This document shows, piece after piece, positions 59,250-64,000 of a stretch of DNA of 64,000 nt (position 1 is its first letter; each line of letters opens with the position of its first letter). Position numbers and translations under genes: made by a program. The stretch is from positions 635 through 64,634 of the forward strand of contig CAYMXN010000003.1 in NCBI GenBank assembly GCA_964394435.1. The letters run 5' to 3'. This DNA is from an uncultured Candidatus Saccharibacteria bacterium. Lineage in GTDB: Bacteria > Patescibacteriota > Minisyncoccia > UBA6257 > 1-14-0-10-44-23. Under the pieces are notes generated by a model. That model had not been told where the DNA came from. It worked only from the letters and a program-made list of their open reading frames with translations, and searched no databases.

Positions 59250-60869
59250 TTACTGCTCTTGGACGTTTGGCGTATTCACTTTGATCGTGATTGATTGAGT
59301 GACATTGCCGTAGGTGAGAGTGTACGTGGTGTCTGCAGTTGGAGAGACGACGCGTGTACCACTCTTACTTACGCTTCCCAGGCCAGAAATATTAGCAGTC
59401 GCACCACCATTGCTGCAGCTCCATGAGAGGGTTGAGGTATCAATCCCTTTGATGATCGTCAGCTTAGAGGCAGCGAAGGTACAAGTTGCTGGTTGTTCAG
59501 TTGTTCCAGTCCCGCCGTTAGTCCCGCCGTTATTCGTGCCGCCATTCGTACCCGGGTTAGTTCCAGGATCAGCTGTTGGGTTGTTTGGAGGTGGGATGAC
59601 TGGACAAGAAGGGTTAGTAGGAGGAGTGGTAACCGTTGAGTTAACGTCAAAACTATAGTTGAAGCCGATAGCGGAATTGTCATCAGGATTACGCTGTCCA
59701 ACCGTGAAGACGATCGTGTTAGTACCGGTGTTCATTACCGAAGCCGGTACGGTTACCGAAGTTGGGGCGGTAAAGAGGACCTGTCCGGCATTTTGATGAT
59801 CAAAGACCTGATTGCCATTAATCTTCACGTTCAAGAGATCGTCTGCCATTACGAGGAGTGTGCTTTCTTGGGGAACTCCCTCGATGACAAATGTCTTAGT
59901 GAAAGCGATTTGTGTGCCACCGGCAGGACCAGAGCCGTTCTGATTTGCAGTTGTCTTGTACGAAACCCAGGAGGTGTTTGTGATTGGGGCCGCCCACTTA
60001 CTACCCTTTGAGATTTTTACCGAAGTGCCGGTTGTTGGAGAGACATTTCCAGGGTTAGTGATGAATTGGAACGACTCGCCACCAGGAACAATCGTTATTT
60101 TTTTGCTCGTAATGGTTGGAGTGCAAGCGTCGCCTACGATCGGGTCTGGATTCTTTTCAAGTGCAAAATAAATTGCGTTTAAGTGACCACCAGCTTGATT
60201 TACGTTGGCATCTTGGAAGCCGAGATTGCTCCAGGCAGTTGAAACGATAGAGCCCTTAGTCCCATTTTCATTTTGAAGCTGCGTAGAGACGCGAAGCGTT
60301 CGCTCAACTTCGTCATTGGCTCCAAAAAAGCTGGCAGATTTAATACGGAAGCGCACCGCTCCAATCGTTCCGTTATTTGAGGTTGTAAGTTTTAAGAAGT
60401 TGCCGTTGGTAACCGAGATCGCATCGGAGCACGTTTCAGTGCCAATATTCTGAATCTTAGAGCTCTGCCCACCAAAGATAGACTGAAAGAAGCTCTTACT
60501 CGTTTTTATTTCAGCCGCCTGTCCGCAAAGTACAAAATCTTTTGTCGTCGTAATCGTTTGCGAAGGGAAGAGGTTTATTTTCAGACAGTTGACTTGCGAA
60601 CCATCGCGATTTGTCGCCCAATCGCCCCATCCGGTGCCGAAAAATCCAAGAGCGTTAGTGTCGTTGACCGACTTTGTGTAAATAACATCGCTACGCCAAT
60701 CATAATTGCCTTTAGCAACAGTAGTTGGGTTGGCTGGATTCCAACACGTGTGTCCACCGGTTTGATAGGTGATGTATACGTCAGGAACTTTTGCGTAGAG
60801 CACCGAAGTGCTTGTGGTTGCTACGACGACGAGCGTAGCAATAAAAGAGAACAGGCGAAATCGTTTCAT
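59250..60869 (-). CDS. Large secreted hypothetical protein (signal peptide, Asn/Thr/Gly-rich beta domains, Pro/Thr/Gly/Asn linker, C-terminal Ig-like domain)
   Basis: Signal MKRFRLFSFIATLVVVATTSTSVLYA. Linker PPTNPSCPVIPPPNNPTADPGTNPGTNGGTNNGGTNGGTGTT. Ends in a beta-rich roughly 90-aa domain. Confidence 0.55.
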   Translation of the reverse strand: MKRFRLFSFIATLVVVATTSTSVLYAKVPDVYITYQTGGHTCWNPANPTTVAKGNYDWRSDVIYTKSVNDTNALGFFGTGWGDWATNRDGSQVNCLKINLFPSQTITTTKDFVLCGQAAEIKTSKSFFQSIFGGQSSKIQNIGTETCSDAISVTNGNFLKLTTSNNGTIGAVRFRIKSASFFGANDEVERTLRVSTQLQNENGTKGSIVSTAWSNLGFQDANVNQAGGHLNAIYFALEKNPDPIVGDACTPTITSKKITIVPGGESFQFITNPGNVSPTTGTSVKISKGSKWAAPITNTSWVSYKTTANQNGSGPAGGTQIAFTKTFVIEGVPQESTLLVMADDLLNVKINGNQVFDHQNAGQVLFTAPTSVTVPASVMNTGTNTIVFTVGQRNPDDNSAIGFNYSFDVNSTVTTPPTNPSCPVIPPPNNPTADPGTNPGTNGGTNNGGTNGGTGTTEQPATCTFAASKLTIIKGIDTSTLSWSCSNGGATANISGLGSVSKSGTRVVSPTADTTYTLTYGNVTQSITIKVNTPNVQEQ

Positions 60870-60953
60870 ACGTTAATTTGTAAAATTACATTAAGGAGCG
60901 ACTTTGTACCTTTTATTTTAACAGACTTTAAAGCATAGTAGAATTAACACTGT

Positions 60954-61496
60954 ATGATCGCGGTATTTACTGGTAATGGAAAAGGAAAAACTACTTCGGC
61001 GCTCGGAGCCGCTTTGCGTGCGGTAGGGAGGGGGCAGCGCGTATTAATGGTTCAGTTTATTAAGGGACCGTGGAAGTCGGGCGAGGACACCTCGACGAGC
61101 TTTTTGAGCGATGAGATTGTGCAAAAAAAGCTGGGAACGGGTGGGCTGACATTTAAGAAGATGGGGTTGGGCTTTGTAGGCATCTTGGGTGACAGTCTTC
61201 CATTTACCGAACATGAGCAGGCAGCGCAGAAAGCATTGGCTTATATAGATGAACATATGAGTCAGTACGATATGGTGATTATGGACGAGGTAAACGTTGC
61301 GACGTCACTTAAACTTGTTTCTCCAGGAGAGGTGTTAGCCGTAGTGCGGAAGATGCCTGAAGAAAAACTGATCGTACTAACAGGTCGTGGAGCTCCGCAA
61401 GAGTTTATTGACGTCGCTGATTTAGCGACAGAGATGAAAGAGCTTAAGCATCCATACAATAATGGCAAGTTAGGTAAGATTAATGTAGAGTTTTAA
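60954..61496 (+). CDS. Cob(I)yrinic acid a,c-diamide/corrinoid adenosyltransferase (CobO/BtuR family)
   Basis: MIAVFTGNGKGKTTSALGAALRAVGRGQRVLMVQFIKG closely matches the BtuR/CobO N-terminus. ..MVIMDEVN.. and ..LTGRGAP...DVADL..E follow. Confidence 0.7.
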   Translation: MIAVFTGNGKGKTTSALGAALRAVGRGQRVLMVQFIKGPWKSGEDTSTSFLSDEIVQKKLGTGGLTFKKMGLGFVGILGDSLPFTEHEQAAQKALAYIDEHMSQYDMVIMDEVNVATSLKLVSPGEVLAVVRKMPEEKLIVLTGRGAPQEFIDVADLATEMKELKHPYNNGKLGKINVEF

Positions 61497-61497
61497 T

Positions 61498-62127
61498 ATG
61501 ATTGTTATTTTCCAGATTGTCGTTCTTATCTTCTCGGTCATTGTGCACGAAATCGCGCACGGATTTATCGCGCTCCGATTGGGTGATCGTACGGCAAAAG
61601 ATTTGGGCCGACTAACGCTTAACCCCGTCAAGCATATTGATTTGTTCGGCTCAATTTTATTTCCACTCGCATTAAGTATTTTTAAACTTCCGATAATTGG
61701 CTGGGCGAAGCCCGTGCCATTTGATCCACGTAATCTGAAAAATCCAAAACGAGACTCTGGATTGATCGCCGCCGCTGGTCCACTTACGAATATATTCGTC
61801 GCATTAGTTTTTGGTATGCTCGTCCGCTCGCTCTCGCTAGTCACAATTACGCCAACGGTCATCGCTCTCGCGTTGATGTTTAACTACATCTGTATTATCA
61901 ATATCAGCTTGGCGATTTTTAACCTCGTGCCAATTCCGCCACTGGATGGCTCGGGTATTTTATTCTCGCTTCTCCCGAGAAGCTTCCAACCATTTGAGGA
62001 CGCGTTCGTTAAATACGGCTTCTATATATTGATCGTTTTTATCGCATATGGGATTAATTTGATTAGCCCGGTTATTATGAAATTACACGTATTATTTACG
62101 GGGTCGGGAGGGTTTCTTGGAATCTAA
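61498..62127 (+). CDS. Site-2 protease (M50) family metallopeptidase
   Basis: HExxH in VIVHEIAHGFIA, in a TM helix. Second motif NLVPIPPLDGS. 209 aa polytopic. Confidence 0.7.
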   Translation: MIVIFQIVVLIFSVIVHEIAHGFIALRLGDRTAKDLGRLTLNPVKHIDLFGSILFPLALSIFKLPIIGWAKPVPFDPRNLKNPKRDSGLIAAAGPLTNIFVALVFGMLVRSLSLVTITPTVIALALMFNYICIINISLAIFNLVPIPPLDGSGILFSLLPRSFQPFEDAFVKYGFYILIVFIAYGINLISPVIMKLHVLFTGSGGFLGI

Positions 62128-62211
62128 AAGCTCTTTATTGACAGCCCCACGCTTGTTTTGCTATTATCTTCCTACGTTTCACCTGATGTGAAACCGTTAT
62201 TTTTTAAAGAA

Positions 62212-62640
62212 ATGCCAACAATCCGACAACTCGTAAAGAAGGGACGCAAGTCCTACGCCAGTAAAGCAAAGGCGCCAGCACTGCGCCGTTATTTCAATTC
62301 GATTCAAAACCGCCCAATGGTGGTCTTTTCGCCATTCAAGCGTGGAGTATGTGTAAAGGTAGCAACGATGACTCCAAAAAAGCCAAACTCTGCTATTCGT
62401 AAAATCGCTCGTGTTCGTTTAACCAACGGCATGGAAGTAACCGCGTATATTCCAGGTGAGGGTCACAACCTTCAAGAGCACTCGGTCGTAATCGTCCGTG
62501 GTGGTCGCGTAAAAGACTTGCCAGGTGTTCGCTATCACGTTGTTCGTGGTCGTCTCGACACCTCTGGCGTCGAAGCTCGCCGTCAGCAGCGTTCAGCATA
62601 CGGTGCGAAGAAACCAAAGGGAGGAGCAAAAGCAGAGTAA
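62212..62640 (+). CDS. rpsL: 30S ribosomal protein S12, with an internal insertion of about 12 aa and a C-terminal extension
   Basis: [69 protein letters not shown]. An extra [18 protein letters not shown] sits between PAL and KRGVC. Confidence 0.9.
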   Translation: MPTIRQLVKKGRKSYASKAKAPALRRYFNSIQNRPMVVFSPFKRGVCVKVATMTPKKPNSAIRKIARVRLTNGMEVTAYIPGEGHNLQEHSVVIVRGGRVKDLPGVRYHVVRGRLDTSGVEARRQQRSAYGAKKPKGGAKAE

Positions 62641-62655
62641 TACTAATATCGAACT

Positions 62656-63123
62656 ATGCGTAAGAAACGAAACTACAAACGAGATCACCAGCCAGATATG
62701 AAGTACCAAAGCATCGCTGTGGCTCGTTTTATCAACACATTGATGCACGACGGTAAGAAATCAATTGCCGAAAAGGTAATGTACGATGCGTTTGATGCGA
62801 TCAAAGAGCAGACCAAGCAGGAGCCACTCAAAGTATTTGAGCTCGCGCTTGAAAACGCTCAACCAGTAGTTGAGGTTGCGAGTAAGCGTGTCGGTGGTGC
62901 GAACTATCAGGTTCCACGCGAGGTACGCCCAGAGCGCAAGTTCATGCTCGCCACTCGTTGGATGATTTTAGCCGCTCGCGGAAAGACCGGAAAGCCGATG
63001 GCGCAGCGTCTTGCTGAAGAGATTATCTTGGCTTCGAAGAACGAAGGTTCTGCAATTAAAAAGAAACAAGATATTCACCGTATGGCAGAAGCGAACCGTG
63101 CCTTTGCCCACTTTAGCTGGTAA
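62656..63123 (+). CDS. rpsG: 30S ribosomal protein S7
   Basis: ...[22 protein letters not shown]...[26 protein letters not shown]...R....RW. Confidence 0.9.
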   Translation: MRKKRNYKRDHQPDMKYQSIAVARFINTLMHDGKKSIAEKVMYDAFDAIKEQTKQEPLKVFELALENAQPVVEVASKRVGGANYQVPREVRPERKFMLATRWMILAARGKTGKPMAQRLAEEIILASKNEGSAIKKKQDIHRMAEANRAFAHFSW

Positions 63124-63202
63124 TTCAGTATGTCGTCATAGCCTCCCTTGGGAGGCTATCGGCATTTTTATCGCAAATATCATTAACCAATAATTACACA
63201 CG

Positions 63203-64000
63203 TATGTCCCGCCAGTACCCGCTCGAAAAAACTCGAAATTTCGGAATCGTTGCCCACATTGACGCCGGTAAGACGACCACGTCTGAACGCGTTCTTTTTT
63301 ATACTGGTGTTTCGCACAAGATTGGTGAAGTGCACACAGGAGATACGGTCATGGACTGGATGGTTCAGGAGCGTGAGCGTGGTATTACGATTACTTCGGC
63401 CGCAACAACTTGTTTTTGGACGCCAACATATAAAACGAAGGAAGAAATCGCAAAGAAACAGGATCACACCTACCGTTTCAACCTTATCGACACCCCGGGT
63501 CACATCGACTTTACCGTAGAGGTAAAGCGTTCACTCCGCGTACTCGATGGAGCAGTGGTTGTATTTGATGGTGTCTCTGGTGTAGAGCCACAGTCGGAGA
63601 CGAACTGGCGCTATGCTGATGAGTACAACGTTCCTCGTGTCTGTTTTGTAAACAAGCTCGACCGTATGGGTGCGAGTTTTGATTACTGTGTAAAGTCTAT
63701 TCGCGAGCGCTTAAACCCAAACGCTGTTCCAATTCAACTTCCAATCGGATCAGAGGCGGATTTTTCTGGAATTATCGACTTGATGCGCATGAAGGCGTAC
63801 AAGTTTGAAGGCGAAAAGGGAGTTGATATTATCGAAATTCCAATTCCAGCTGATATGGCTGATGCAGCTAAAAAAGCTCGTGCCGAATTAGTTGAGAAAA
63901 TTGTTGAGCAGGATGATCAGTTGATGTCAGCCTATCTCGAAGGAAAGGAGCCATCTCTCGAAGATTTAAAGAAGACGTTGCGTAAAGCAACCCTCGCGGT
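63203..64000 (+). CDS. fusA: Elongation factor G, N-terminal part (runs off the 3' edge of the window)
   Basis: ATG at 63203. [52 protein letters not shown]. Confidence 0.9.

Noticed and set aside
1-64000. CRISPR arrays, transposases, integrases
   Set aside because: No regularly spaced direct repeats and no recognisable integrase/transposase motifs were found on either strand. The only notable repeats are the TA operator palindrome and the dinB 5' duplication.

Overview
This 64 kb window is a moderately AT-rich (~45-48% GC) bacterial chromosome segment. Its gene content and architecture look like a reduced-genome, probably Candidate-Phyla-Radiation/Patescibacteria-like organism: many small N-terminally anchored secreted proteins beginning MKK..IIVIV, tight operons, weak Shine-Dalgarno use and few biosynthesis genes. 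I cannot name the taxon from sequence alone.

Recognisable housekeeping genes (all + strand):
- uvrC, partial, running off the 5' edge
- nfo (endonuclease IV) and a tRNA-dihydrouridine synthase
- a UvrD-family helicase fused to a Cas4/AddB-like Fe-S nuclease
- radC, dinB, a Pif1/RecD-like helicase and engB
- a copper P-type ATPase with an HMA-membrane-cupredoxin partner
- an FAD-linked oxidase, a VKOR-like protein, obg and an FKBP isomerase
- typA/bipA, an AI-2E transporter, a YrdC/TsaC protein and a cobO-like adenosyltransferase
- an M50 protease and the start of the str operon (rpsL-rpsG-fusA, fusA running off the 3' edge)
- one tRNA-Arg(TCT).

The clearest accessory region is a defense island at about 18.7-28.4 kb. 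It carries radC, a Phd/YefM-RelE/ParE toxin-antitoxin pair with a palindromic operator, and a complete type I restriction-modification operon. In order, the operon is a half-size hsdS, hsdM, an embedded DUF4263/Shedu-like PD-(D/E)xK nuclease translationally coupled to a full hsdS, hsdR and a coupled YgjP/DUF45 metallopeptidase.

Other points worth attention:
- Several short GC-rich islets sit in the AT-moderate background (3.6-4.0, 9.1-11.5, 14.6-15.3, 39.3-39.7, 45.2-46.0 and 53.6-54.2 kb). One (14.7-15.2 kb) has extreme, actinobacterial-style GC3 codon usage.
- A decayed duplicate of the dinB 5' end forms an overlapping upstream mini-ORF.
- A zinc-ribbon gene sits out of frame with its RBS-ATG start.
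- A 32-aa poly-Lys/Arg ORF is followed directly by an intrinsic terminator.
- A tRNA-Arg-adjacent cluster of small DUF/VOC/SOUL-type genes lies at about 28.4-35.6 kb.
- A 912-aa secreted LCAT/PGAP1-like lipase is followed by two tiny membrane proteins.

No CRISPR array, transposase or integrase was seen. All functional calls are by eye from conserved motifs. None was checked against databases.
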